Of a DNA stretch of 64,000 nucleotides, positions 52,520 to 64,000 are shown one piece after another. The stretch covers positions 31,902,867-31,966,866 of the forward strand of contig NC_068987.1 in assembly GCF_001194135.2 (NCBI RefSeq), in the 5' to 3' direction. A program made the position numbers and the translations under genes. The notes beneath the pieces are model-generated. The model was not told the DNA's origin. It did not search any database and was given only the letters and a program-made list of their open reading frames with translations. How positions within the stretch are numbered: the stretch's first letter is position 1; each line of letters starts with the position of its first letter. The stretch comes from Octopus bimaculoides (taxonomy: Eukaryota).

Positions 52520-52725
52520 CTTTTTTTCTTTTCTCTTTTACTTGTTTCAGGCATTTGATTGCAACCATGCTGGGGCACCGCCTCGAAGATTTTAGTCAAA
52601 CAAATCGACCTCAAGACTTATTATATTTTTGTAAATCCTAGTACTTATTCTATCGGTCCTTTTGCTGAACCGCTTCGTTACGAGGACATAGACAAAACAA
52701 CACCGGTTGTGAAGCGGTGGTGGAA

Positions 52726-52790
<65 letters not shown>

Positions 52791-52975
52791 ACACGCACAC
52801 ATACAGATATATGCATATATATACGACAGGCTTCTTTCAGTTTCCGTCGACCAAACCCACTCACAAGGTTCTGGTCGGCTCGAGGCTATAGTAAAAGACA
52901 TTTACCCGAGGTGCCACGCAGTGGGACTGAACCCGGAACCATGTGGTTGGGAAGCAAGCTTTTTACCACACAAAC
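52520..52975 (-). mobile_element. SINE family A with internal (CA)n
   Basis: Colinear with 2491-2898. Confidence 0.8.
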
Positions 52976-53039
52976 ACCCCGCAAAAAAAGACAACAAAAA
53001 AAGAAAAAAGCAGAAGACGTACTGCTCAATTTCCACTAG

Positions 53040-53368
53040 CCCCGTTTCGTTAATTGAAGCCAAACTGAAGTTGCCATATAAAACGATATAAAGAGGTCTG
53101 TTATAAATATATTTTGCTGCAGTTTCAGATATCTTCATGCGGTTGACAGTCTGGTGAGGAAATTTGTTTTTGATAATAAACATTGCTATATTCACAGCGA
53201 TAAATGGATGGGAACGGTAAAAGGCTCTCCATATATTTTGTATATACGAGTTGCGTTTAGCTCGTTGTAATTATTCCAGCTTTCAGAGGTTTTTACAAAC
53301 CTCACGTACCTCTGGAATTTCTCTTGTGTACCCTTAGGAGTGTGTATACCTCAGTTTGAGAACCGCTG
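53040..53368. mobile_element. hAT/Charlie-type terminal fragment
   Basis: Ends in cagtttgagaaccgctg (reverse complement CAGCGGTTCTCAAAC). Weak IKNKF...RMKIS similarity on the minus strand. Confidence 0.4.
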
Positions 53369-53412
53369 ATCCAGATAATCGCAAGACAGCTAAGGACACA
53401 GCTTGTTGTCTT

Positions 53413-53450
<38 letters not shown>

Positions 53451-53524
53451 CATGTGTGTGTGCATGTGTGTGTGTGTGTGTGTTTGTGTGTGTACGTGCG
53501 CGTGCGCGCGCGCGTGCACTTTAT

Positions 53525-53750
53525 TCAATTAACCACTAATTTTACTGGTACTTATTTGATCGACTCCGAAAGGATGAAAGACAAAGTCAACCTCGGTGGA
53601 ACTTGAACTCAGAACATAAAGATAGACGAAATGTCGCTAAGCATTTTGCCTGGTGTGCTAACGATTCTGCCAGCTCACTGCTGTAATCTATGTAATCGAC
53701 TCACCCCCTCCCCGGAAATTGCTGGCCTTGTGCCAAAAACTGGAACCGTT
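53525..53750 (-). mobile_element. SINE family B, rearranged
   Basis: ctggtacttatttgatcgactccgaaaggatgaaagacaaagtc...ctaacgattctgccagctc, followed by a tail fragment. Confidence 0.65.
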
Positions 53751-54469
53751 ATTACTACAGTTTTTAAATCCCTTCGTTAGAAAGTTCTACTTTTTTCCTT
53801 TGTCTTTTTCTTAAATGGATTACCTATTTAATAAAGACCAAAGAAAAACTCAGGAGATTAATTATGCTTCCACCACATATCATATGACCTAATCTATTAT
53901 TTGTGTATAAGTATTATTCAGGCGGTGAGATTGTAGAATCGATGTTGTATTTGTTGCAGCTCTTTACGTTATGAATTCATATCTCATCGACGTCAACTTC
54001 GTTTTTCGTCCTTCTAGAAGCAAAAATTGTTTAAAACTACATAAAGACCGGGATCTTGTATGACTGGTGACAGGATAATAATGTAATGTTTAACTTAACA
54101 ATGCTTCGTGTTCTATCCTTGCGAAAATGGAGTATTATATGAAATCCTTACACAATCAGATTATCTGGAACTTTGGAAACATTATATCCAAGCATGTAAT
54201 GTTATAATATTATAGACGATATAAGGTGGTGGATTGGCAAAACTGGTAGAGAGTTGGACAAATTGGTGGAAGAGCTTAAGATAAAATGGATAATTCGTTA
54301 CCGCAACTTCTTCCATCCTTTCAGGGTTAGTTAACCTAAAACACAAGTAAAGTACTTGAATTGATTGAACCAAATATATCCTCCTGTTCCAATGTTAAAA
54401 ATCAAAAATCAATAACATAGAAAACAGAGTTTAAATCACGATTTACACAACATCATCGTTCGTCATTCT

Positions 54470-54780
54470 GGACTTGATGAAATAACGTTCCGGCAATAAA
54501 CCGTAGTGGATCTTATCAAATGCACTTTCCATCAAAATATTTGTCTGCGTAACAGTTTTAAAAGTCAATATTATAGAGGGTATTGCTTCGAGCTGTATCA
54601 ATCATTAATTAGAAATATGGTCTCCTTCGATAGTCCTATACAAATACATTCCTTTAACTATATCTTACTTTAAAAGCATAATTTCTGTAAAATTTCTAAA
54701 CAATTAACGATGATAGTAAATGCTGAAGAATTACATTGTAAAATGCAGAACAGGGACAGACACCGCGATTGTACATGTGT
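54470..54780 (-). pseudogene. Very decayed L1/Tx1-type RT fragment
   Basis: Minus strand EGDHISN**LIQ...MESAFDKIHYGLL (cf. GRxIxDNxxLIQ...DxEKAFDxVxH). Confidence 0.3.
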
Positions 54781-55346
54781 AGGCCTTCTTACATTGAGTT
54801 ATCTCATCAGTAAATGTCCTATTGTTATTTCAGAACTAGCTTTAACGTTTAACATTTAGCTCGAAAGATACCATACTTCAGCATTCACAGCGAATAGATT
54901 TCTAAACAATACAGAAAGATATTTTCAACTTTCAAAACGTTAACCGAAATTCGAACAACACCGGTAATTTTATTTATTATCTTAATATAATAGGAATGTA
55001 AAACTAGTTTCTGTTGAAGACGTTAAAATCATCTAAAAAAGCTTCGTTACAGGAGCTTCATCGTCAGTAGGGTATAATAGGTGTGAGGCAGCTTACTTAC
55101 TGCAACTAACTCGATCGTCATGAAAGAATATACGACTACTGACAATCCGGAAATATCAGTAAAATACTAAACACAAGACATAATTGCACTTCAATAAGTC
55201 TTCTGACATTACCAAGATTAACAATTGATCAAAATTATATGTCTGTATTTATATACAAAAATATATATAACACGCACACGCGCTCACACATTAGTGTGTG
55301 TGTATATATATATATATATGTGTGTGTGTGTATGTACGAGTATATG

Positions 55347-55397
<51 letters not shown>

Positions 55398-55830
55398 NNN
55401 NNNNNNNNNNNNNNNNNNNNNNNNNNNNNNNNNNNNNNNNNNNNNNNNNNNNNNNNNNNNNNNNNNNNNNNNNNNNNNNNNNNNNNNNNNNNNNNNNNNN
55501 NNNNNNNNNNNNNNNNNNNNNNNNNNNNNNNNNNNNNNNNNNNNNNNNNNNNNNNNNNNNNNNNNNNNNNNNNNNNNNNNNNNNNNNNNNNNNNNNNNNN
55601 NNNNNNNNNNNNNNNNNNNNNNNNNNNNNNNNNNNNNNNNNNNNNNNNNNNNNNNNNNNNNNNNNNATATATATACATATGTAGTGTAAACTGTCGATGA
55701 AAAGATTACTCAATACCATAATAGAGTTTAAAATATATTTCATATTTTAGTCGAGTCAGTCTCTTGCTATTCTGAGTTTCACCTGCTGCTGCACAGGATC
55801 TTCGCTTCGGAAACACATGCATACATATAC

Positions 55831-55882
<52 letters not shown>

Positions 55883-57675
55883 TCTCTTCTTCCTTCTTTC
55901 TGATGAAGGATTGATGTTCAAAACATATAGGCGCTCTTATTTCATTCAATTTTTGAGGATTTATGCAAGGACTATATTTCTCAAACTTTGTTCTTCATGT
56001 ATTGCTCATTTTAATATTTATTGATATTTATTCACCTTACAAATCTACCTATCTATCTATTTATTTATCTATCTATCTATCTATCTTTCTATCTATCTAT
56101 CTATCTATGTATTCCTTTATGGAACCAATAAGGTTCTCAATTATTTTTACAGAGTGCATTGAGGCATTTCTTCTGAGCTCATCTTCTGATATCCAGCTTC
56201 TAACCTTTTGTTTTCCTGGAACACAAGACACCTGTTCAACTGCAGTGTTTGAGTTTTGTTTTGGCATTCTCAACAAGTCAGCTTGAATTTCACTTCACTG
56301 AAATCCCGCTTCTCGGTGAAAAAACTAACAATTGTATTTTTATTGACTAACAATTAATTCACACCGAAAGTGTGTAAATTTGTTGTATCCACTCAGTTCA
56401 ATACTTAGTAGTAAACCGACCAATTTAGCCCCAAAAGAGCTGTCTTACTTAAATTATCAGCTAATGAAATACAGTGGGTTGCAAATTGGGAAAAAAAAGA
56501 AATAAGACACATTAAAACTTTCACATATTCTGTTTAATGTTTATGCGATTTTTTTTATTCATGAATCAGGATTTACCAAGATTTATTATGTAATTTTACA
56601 TACGATGATAAGTACTTTATCAGTTATAAAATTACTCCCAATAATAAAATTTCGAATAGATGTAGCCCTTAAAATACACGCAAAATTTAAAATATCCATT
56701 TTTACCCGATATGTCAGGTACTATAGCTTCATTTCCTTTTCAGGAGCATATTTTCAAATCTTACAGTGCTTCAAACGAATTAAAAGAAAATACTGTATAT
56801 TGTTTTAAAATAAATATTACACTATAAAGTGTAATATTTATGTATTTATTCAAACTTGAGTGGCCAGATCATCAGGTTAAATAAATAAATAAATGAATAA
56901 CACCGTGTCTTGAATATTATCATTCGTTTTCGTTTACAAACTGTGACACTAGAATATGTGTATATGCACATACAAACATGCATATATACAAGCATACATG
57001 TATGTATGTATGTATGTATGTAGGCATGTATGTATGTACATACATTTTACAAAAATGACGCCACACAAATTATTGCAACAAGAAAATTGAATTTGATTTC
57101 TATTTTTCTTTCTAAATTCCCGGGGCTATACATATTGGATGGTTGTTAATGAGATAGAAGGTTGTCGAGTGTTTTGTTCAAGACCTCCTCAATGGGTTTA
57201 TTGCATTTTAATGAAACTCATTCTATTCAAGATTTTTATTTTACGTAGACTTATTACATCCACTTATCACTTCACTCAGTGAAGTGAATCGCGGTTAAGT
57301 TCCATCCCTATCAATGTCTTCTCTGAAACATGTGTTTTTAAAATTCTACACGCCTAAGTTTGTTTCATTAAACGACAGATATTCGTTTAATCAGTGCTAA
57401 AAGCCAAAGAATTTCTTTTTGCTTTCATTTTTTTTGCTTGCTTTTATTTTTTATTTTAATTTTTTGGGGGGGTTTATTATTTAGAATGAACTTTCATATT
57501 AATTAACAGCAAGTTATATTTTTATGTTTGTTTTTTCTTTTATTGTCTTTAATCAAATAATGAATAAAAGAATAGACTAGAATGTTGAAAATGGTGTATT
57601 GAAGTTTTATTAAAACGCTTTGTCTTTATTTGCAAAAATTTTATTACAAATCTTAGTTTGTATTTTTTGGCTCTT

Positions 57676-57722
<47 letters not shown>

Positions 57723-58924
57723 CTTACTGGTTAAAGTATTGGGCTCACGATCGCAGAGTTATTGATTTGCTACCTAGGACAAAACGGCATATTGTATTGA
57801 TGAGCAAAACATTTTATTTGATACGGCCTCAATACATTAAGCTAAAATGAGTGTTAGTGGCACTTGCAGGCTAACCCTGAAAAAAGTTGAATTCCTGTTC
57901 AAGGTGGAGTCTTCGTCACTCAGCCTAAATGTCTTGAAAATTCAGATATTCTTTGACCTCACAAGTCTATAAGCACAAAGCAGACATGGCAAGATTCTAT
58001 TCTCTCGATTTTGCATAGATTTCTAACATAGGCAGGAATTCACACAAATTTCGAAACGGAACAGTCAATTATATCGAGCACAGAATTTCATTGACATTTG
58101 ATTTTATCGGAACCACAAAGATGAAAAGCAAAGCCTACCCACAAAATGCATTCTGACGTAACTAAGTAACACTTCAACGTTACTCTCAATCCACTGTCAA
58201 TACTTTCGTTTATTTGCTAGCATTCAAAACTTAGTACAAAATACTTTCCAATATGTAGGAGATGTATAAATTACAGTCATATAAAAGCGAGAGATAGAGA
58301 AAGACTGTTATACAAGATATATATAGGAAAAATAGAAGTTGAAAATGCACTGAAAATAGTTAAAATATTTTTATTAAAATATTTGAGCTTTAACCGGTTT
58401 CACAGTTTACACTGATTTTCAAAATGTTCAAATAGAAAGACGTCGCTTATGTCACAGCTGTCTTGTTTCTGACAAGTGTTTAAAGTTTGCCCTGTTTTTA
58501 TAGGGAGGTCATGGCTCAAATTAGTCTGTTTTGAATAGGATTTGATTGGTAGAGGATAGTCACATGACTGATCTTAGAAATTTTTGTAGGTTCCCACTAC
58601 GTCCGTGTGTTAGTATCAAGTGACAATGTTTGGCATCGTAAGTTAAGACTGATACAGTTGACTGAACAAGTCCAAATAATCAATGCTCTGAATGTTTTCT
58701 CTTAAGTGCTTGTAGAGAATGAACATATTATTAAGTTTATAACTTTTTGTACGTTTCTCGCTACGTCATTGCGTTAGTGTCATGCGACAGTATATTTTGC
58801 GCCTAAAAAGAGGGTCAATATGGTTGAGTGAACTAGTTTAGTTATAATCAAGACAGACCAAATTTAATCTGTCTGGTGGAAGAGTGGACAGGAGTCGTTT
58901 GTATGGAGGTCCAGATATATGAAC

Positions 58925-59680
58925 AATCTAAATTAATATATGGCCTGAACTTCCACAAATATCTACTAGAAAACTGGAAACGTTACTTAGATTACTGCCT
59001 AATCCTATGGACGTAGACATTTGAACGACTTATAGATTTCAAAAATCTAATCAATAGCATAAACAATATTAACTTTACCATGGAATATAATAAAACTCAA
59101 CTACCATTCCTGGATATACTAATCATCAAAAGAGATAAAATCATCGAAGCAGATATTCACTACAAACAGACAGATTATAAACAATACTTACTATTCTCTT
59201 CATGCCATCCCAAAGACACGAAGAATATCTCCTTCAATCTAGCAAGAAGAATCTGCACAATTGTCTCAAACCCTGAAACTCGCAATAAAAGACTCCAGGA
59301 ACTAAAACAAGTACTACTTAAAAACAATACTACTTAAAAACAATATCCATTAATGCTCATAGACAACGGAATAGAACGTGTCAAAACAATAAAAATCGAA
59401 GAACTATAAAAAAAACCTCTCCAGATGCATCCAATAATCTGCCCTTTATTGCAACACACAAACCAAGTAACATAGAGGTTTACAATATAACTCACCAGAA
59501 CATCCCACTTCTAAAACAAAACCCAAAAATAAAACAAGCATTTGAAATACACAAAATAATCAGAAAAGACAATCAAAGTCCCTTAAAAAATTCCTCACAC
59601 GTGCTAAATCCCCGTCCACAATTCTTACACCAACAGTCAAAAACTGTGGCCACCCCAAGGGTCAACATTCTCGCCATTAT
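58925..59680 (+). mobile_element. Penelope-like element RT/thumb fragment
   Basis: ENWKRYLDYC (decayed YxDD), QLPFLDILI..IHYKQTDYKQYLLFSSCHP..ISFNLARRICTIVS, and a CGHP linker remnant. Confidence 0.8.
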
Positions 59681-59878
59681 CATTTACTGTGTTCCTTGTG
59701 TTCCGGTTCTTCAGACTTAATAATGATAAAAGAGTTATACTTCACAGATTTATATATACGTTCGTGCTGTTTATCTTTCCTGGATCGATAGGTTACTGAA
59801 GTGCTATTATAACCCACCCTCCAAATTTGAGGCTTTGAATCTATGTTATAAATCATTACTTTTTCTTTTCTTTTTCAG

Positions 59879-59959
59879 GAAGTATATATATGCACCAAGA
59901 TGTCGAGGTGTCGGTGCCAAAAGATCATTCCCAATGACGAACTTTCAAGACAAAGAACG
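59879..59959 (+). CDS. elevenin: Elevenin precursor, coding exon 2 (81 nt, phase 2-2)
   Basis: Strong polypyrimidine acceptor ttttcttttctttttcag and donor gtaagg at 59960. It continues exon 1 in phase: (R)KYIYAPRCRGVGAKRSFPMTNFQDKE(R). The joined peptide KIDCRKYIYAPRCRGVGA is flanked by KR on both sides and matches the elevenin motif DC-x8-CRGVxA. Confidence 0.9.
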
Positions 59960-60038
59960 GTAAGGAAGATGTTTTGACATTTAAATCATTTCATAAATCT
60001 GTCTTGTTTTCTATTTTACTGTATTACTACTTGCATAG

Positions 60039-60105
60039 CGAGGACTGTGCAGTCTCTAGATACACAGACATTCTAAATTGCATCAAAAGTAATCCTCCGG
60101 AATAA
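60039..60105 (+). CDS. elevenin: Elevenin precursor, probable last coding exon
   Basis: 79-nt intron 59960-60038 with a pyrimidine-rich acceptor ending ttgcatag. The phase-2 frame is open: (R)EDCAVSRYTDILNCIKSNPPE, stop TAA at 60103-60105. Total precursor is 89 aa. Confidence 0.7.
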
Positions 60106-60700
60106 CGAGCAAACCTTCACTACAATCGCAAACCAACAAAATAGAACCTTCATGCAGTCACTCGATACGTTAGAAATAGCAGCAAAATTTCATCAAATCA
60201 CATACTACTGTCATAAAAAAAAGATGAACACATTCGCATATTACTATCTTTAAAAAAGAACACATTAAACAATGATCTAGTTAGCCATAACAGGTCTGTT
60301 CAATCGAACATATGATCAAAGCTGTTAGTATTATCAATTAAACTTATGATCAAAACTGTTAATGAGTATTATATTAGTGAGTCTACCACAATTACATCAA
60401 TAATAAGTCGTTCTACTTTGAACGACAGAGATGTTTACTAGACCTGTTAGTAGTCTTCCCATCATATATCACATTAAATCACCAAATTCCTTCTCGGAGT
60501 CTCCTTTTAACCGCTCTCATGAATTTTCTCTAGAAATTAACTTGTGCGAGTTTAAGCTGATCTTACTGAGACAAATAAGTGATTTGTTGAATGCCTTTTC
60601 TCCTAGAACCAACCTTTATATCAAGTAACCCTCAAAGTGACTCTCAATCAAGGGAATTACAGGTATACAGGTAAAATCACACTACGAAAGAGACCGTTCA

Positions 60701-60723
60701 AATAAATGAATAAAATAATAAAG
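60701..60723 (+). promoter_or_regulatory. Cluster of three AATAAA hexamers, candidate elevenin poly(A) signal
   Basis: AATAAA at 60701, 60709 and 60718, about 600 nt after the stop codon. The AT-rich context makes chance occurrence plausible. Confidence 0.25.
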
Positions 60724-61159
60724 AACAGTGCTTCTAGAAAGCAGCCACCAGAAGAGTAAAAGGCAGTTTAGTGAATTACATGGCCTGTTGCTGATTCTTT
60801 TGCTTCCCTGATTAAGACCAGATTGTTCCGGTCTTAACTCGGACTACCTCTGTCAACTTTACATGATCCTCCTTGTCCTCAGACTTTCACATTATCTTCT
60901 TATTCGTCACATTTCCACCCACGTGTTGGCCAAACTACATTTGTTGTTTACTTTACTCTCATCGCCAACCTGAACACACATAACTTATCCCTGCCTGGAT
61001 CTATATCATGAAACCCACTTATCTCTCCATTGTGTACAGCTATCCAACCTTACAACGTGACTGGCCTGCATAGTAATCCATGTTAGCGGGACAGTTAAGT
61101 TGAATTTTTTTCTTCGCCAAGCATTCGCCTTTATTCCCCCTTTCTGTGACTGTCAATCC

Positions 61160-61466
61160 ATGAAATGGAAAAAACTTTCAAAATACAAAGAACTGGAAAT
61201 AGAGGTAACTTGAATGTGGAATCTAAAAACAGAAACAATTCCTATCATAGTAGGTGCCTTAGGTATAATAAAAAAATATTCAGACAAATACATAACAAAA
61301 ACACCAGGACTTACAAATATATATAACATACAGAAAATTGCACTACTGGGCACTGCACATATCCTACGCAAAACACTTTCAATACAGTAACCATAAGAGC
61401 ACCACAGCAAACCACAGCACATACCCAAGGCGCACAGAGCTGCGCTCGGTAGTGAAGTGAAAGCAC
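61160..61466 (+). mobile_element. R4/Dong-like RLE-type non-LTR retrotransposon 3' end
   Basis: LSKYKELEIEVT*MWNLKTETIPIIVGALGIIKK...IQKIALLGTAHILRKTLSIQ*, the typical C-terminus of a restriction-like endonuclease domain. Confidence 0.75.
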
Positions 61467-61744
61467 NNNNNNNNNNNNNNNNNNNNNNNNNNNNNNNNNN
61501 NNNNNNNNNNNNNNNNNNNNNNNNNNNNNNNNNNNNNNNNNNNNNNNNNNNNNNNNNNNNNNNNNNNNNNNNNNNNNNNNNNNNNNNNNNNNNNNNNNNN
61601 NNNNNNNNNNNNNNNNNNNNNNNNNNNNNNNNNNNNNNNNNNNNNNNNNNNNNNNNNNNNNNNNNNNNNNNNNNNNNNNGAAGATGGAATGACTTACTTG
61701 CCCCACATAAGCAAGTAGTTTCATTTTACTGTTTTTAAATAAAG

Positions 61745-63316
61745 TGTGCACTTATCAGTCTTGTATCTTGTTAGTTTTCCTTTTGTTTAAAAATCCACAC
61801 AGTGTCACACCAAAAATTCCCTCAAATCGTCAAATATTACCACTGGTGGCAAATCATGGTAACGAAATCGAATTCCTGTCATCACTATCCTGTCGCCAAA
61901 TATTTCCTGCAACCTTCTTGCTCTTTCTTCCCCCAACAGCACCGCTTTCTCATCTCGATGGACCCACTGTCAGCCAATTTAACCCTTATTACATGTTTCA
62001 TTTTTGAAATTTTCTTTTCTATCTCTACACTTTTTTGTAACTTATCATAGTTCTTTCATATTTTCCCTTCGGTGGCTCTCTTTGCTGTTCTTCATCACTC
62101 TCTTCCTCTGTTGCTGGTATTCCCGTATCTGTTTGTCCTTCCTTCTCACTTTCATGTCTCTTCTTCTTCCGTCCTGCGCCTCCTTACTAGTTGAAGGCAA
62201 CGGTCTTTCTGTTCGTTCCTCGCTTGGCTCCTCATTCCTTCTTTTCTCGTTCTTGTTCTCCTTTGCCTTTCTTTTTTTCTTCGGGCTTTTAGGTGGAGAT
62301 TCCACATTACTCCTCTTTCTTTGTACCATTGTATATTTTCCCACCATTTCCTCCTCCTCCGCTGTTGCGCCCTCTTCTTCCTGGCGCTCTTTATCCGCCT
62401 CCTCCTGTTCGTGTTTCTGGGGACACTTTGCTTTCATGTGTCCCCTTACCCCACATATATAACATACCGGGGGGTCTCCCTTCAACCACGATTCTTAATC
62501 TTGTCTCATCTGGTAGCACTAGCTCTTCGTCCTTCCCCACCCCCACCAGTTCACCTCCGTCGTTCTCGATATTTTCAATACCTGAGTGTCTTTCTCTGTG
62601 TTATAGAGGATGGCTGCCACCAGCCACGCCTCATCAATTTCTGGGGGCACTCTACTTATTCTTACTCTGGCCGCACGTTTGCCAAGTAAGTAGGTTGAAG
62701 TGCCCACTTGCTGATCTCAAAGGCACAGTGGAGTATTTCCTTGCTTCTTCTTCGCTTACGAAGTGCACCCTCACTGTGCTGTATTTCCTTCCTCTGGTGT
62801 AATATGTCATTATATCCTTTATCTCTCGTAGACATTCCTCTACCGCTTCCTCCGCTGCTACTTCAACATTTTTCGTTGCCACATTCAACGTTCTATAAAT
62901 AATTGTCCTTTTTTCAGTTTTTTTTTTTCAAGTATTTCTTTAGGGGGCGTCAACCTCAGGCTGTCCCCCGCCTTCTTCAGCAAACCGTTATATTTTTTTA
63001 AAATTCTTCTCCTTTAATTGGATTTCTTGGACCTGAAGTACCTCCACTGACAGGCCTTTGTCAGTCACCGCAGCGTAACTGCCCGCCGGTTTACTTTCCA
63101 TGACGGTATTATTCATAATTTCACCCATAAATGGGGAAGAAATAATAAAAGCCAGTTAACAACAACAATTTCGACAATTCCAGTTAATAACAGTTCAACA
63201 ATTCAGTAAATTAACAATACAATGCAACAAAATTCACATGGAGCAAACACACTTCTAACACAGCTCGGAATCAGATGATTCGAAAAACAACACAAGCGAC
63301 AACGCCGACGTCCTCT
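61745..63316 (-). mobile_element. Tx1/L1-clade LINE 5'UTR plus frameshifted ORF1 (gag-like, CCHC knuckle)
   Basis: ATG at 63128: MGEIMNNTVMESKPAGSYAAV..., an RRM-like VRVHFVSEEEA, CYICGVRGHMKAKC (CX2CX4HX4C) and a K/R/E-rich tail. It is split over ORFs 62652-62888, 62519-62707 and 62045-62485. Confidence 0.75.
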
Positions 63317-63459
63317 CAACGATTAGCTAGAGATGATTTTTAAAATGAGAATATCTGAAATAAACTCGACTGCTCTCACAAACGAGAATACTAAAAATGA
63401 ACGCAACCGCTCTCAAAAATTAAGTAACAAAAAAAAAAAAGAGGACAGGAAAAATAATC

Positions 63460-63636
63460 TAGAATCCTTGTCCGGGACCGGATTGATCCCAAAGTCTAAT
63501 CAGTTCGTACCAGTCACGAGGTCAGACATCCCTGAAAGTTTCATCTGAATCCATCCAGCAGTTCTTGAGATATCTTGTCCACGGACAAACAAACAAACAC
63601 GACTGAAAACAATACCTCCGCCTTCGCTAAGGCAGA

Positions 63637-63640
<4 letters not shown>
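63460..63640. mobile_element. Non-autonomous Helentron/HINE-like terminal segment
   Basis: gaaagtttcatctgaatccatcc..., an (AAAC)n tract and a decayed terminal hairpin acctccgcc-ttcgctaa-ggcagaaat. Confidence 0.5.
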
Positions 63641-63711
<71 letters not shown>

Positions 63712-63714
63712 CCT

Positions 63715-63925
63715 TTCTACTACAGGCGCAAGTCCTGGAATTGGGGGAGGGTGTAAGTTGATTACATCGACTTCATTGCTCAACTGGTACTTATTTTACC
63801 GAGCCCGAAAGGATGAAAAGCAAAGTCGACGTCGGAATAACTTAAACTGAGAACGTAAAGACAGACGATATATCGCTAAGCACTTTGTCCGCCATGCTAA
63901 CGATTCTGCCTGCTCGTCGCATTAA
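63715..63925 (-). mobile_element. SINE family B
   Basis: caactggtacttattttaccgagcccgaaaggatgaaaagc...ctaacgattctgcc. Confidence 0.7.
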
Positions 63926-64000
63926 TAACAACATCAGCAGCAGCAGCAAGCAACAACAACAGAAGTAACAACAACAACAACAAAAACAATAATGATAGTA

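Noticed and set aside
55003-55078. Minus-strand ctgacga...gaaactagtt hammerhead-like motif
   Set aside because: Stem III is palindromic but stem I does not pair and stem II is poorly defined.
55895-55930. Hammerhead-like ctgatgaagga-ttgatg-ttc-aaaacata
   Set aside because: G12 of the GAAA box is lost and no stem I forms; at best a CpG-decayed relic.
56470-56520. TA-CAGTGGGTTGCAAA Tc1-like TIR
   Set aside because: No partner inverted copy found nearby.

Overview
AT-rich, microsatellite-dense eukaryotic genomic DNA with 14 assembly gaps. The repeat families and the neuropeptide point to a mollusc, probably Octopus; this is an inference. Nearly all ORFs in the supplied track are microsatellite or N artefacts. 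I found one host gene, which the ORF track largely misses: a + strand elevenin (L11) neuropeptide precursor with three coding exons (35071-35192, 59879-59959, 60039-60105) and a 24.7-kb intron. Spliced, it gives an 89-aa prepropeptide: signal peptide, KR, KIDCRKYIYAPRCRGVGA, KR, then a C-terminal peptide with a second Cys pair. The rest is mostly transposon debris: three tRNA-derived SINE families; Tx1/L1, RTE, R4/Dong and Penelope-like retroelement fragments; Tc1, Buster-hAT, Chapaev-like, pogo-like and Helentron-like DNA elements; and an old ~29-bp satellite. Two minimal type I hammerhead ribozyme motifs are visible by eye. One sits downstream of a Pol III tRNA-like head in what looks like a ribozyme-carrying SINE. 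Several long fold-back hairpins are also present. All calls come from manual reading and translation, and repeat boundaries are approximate.
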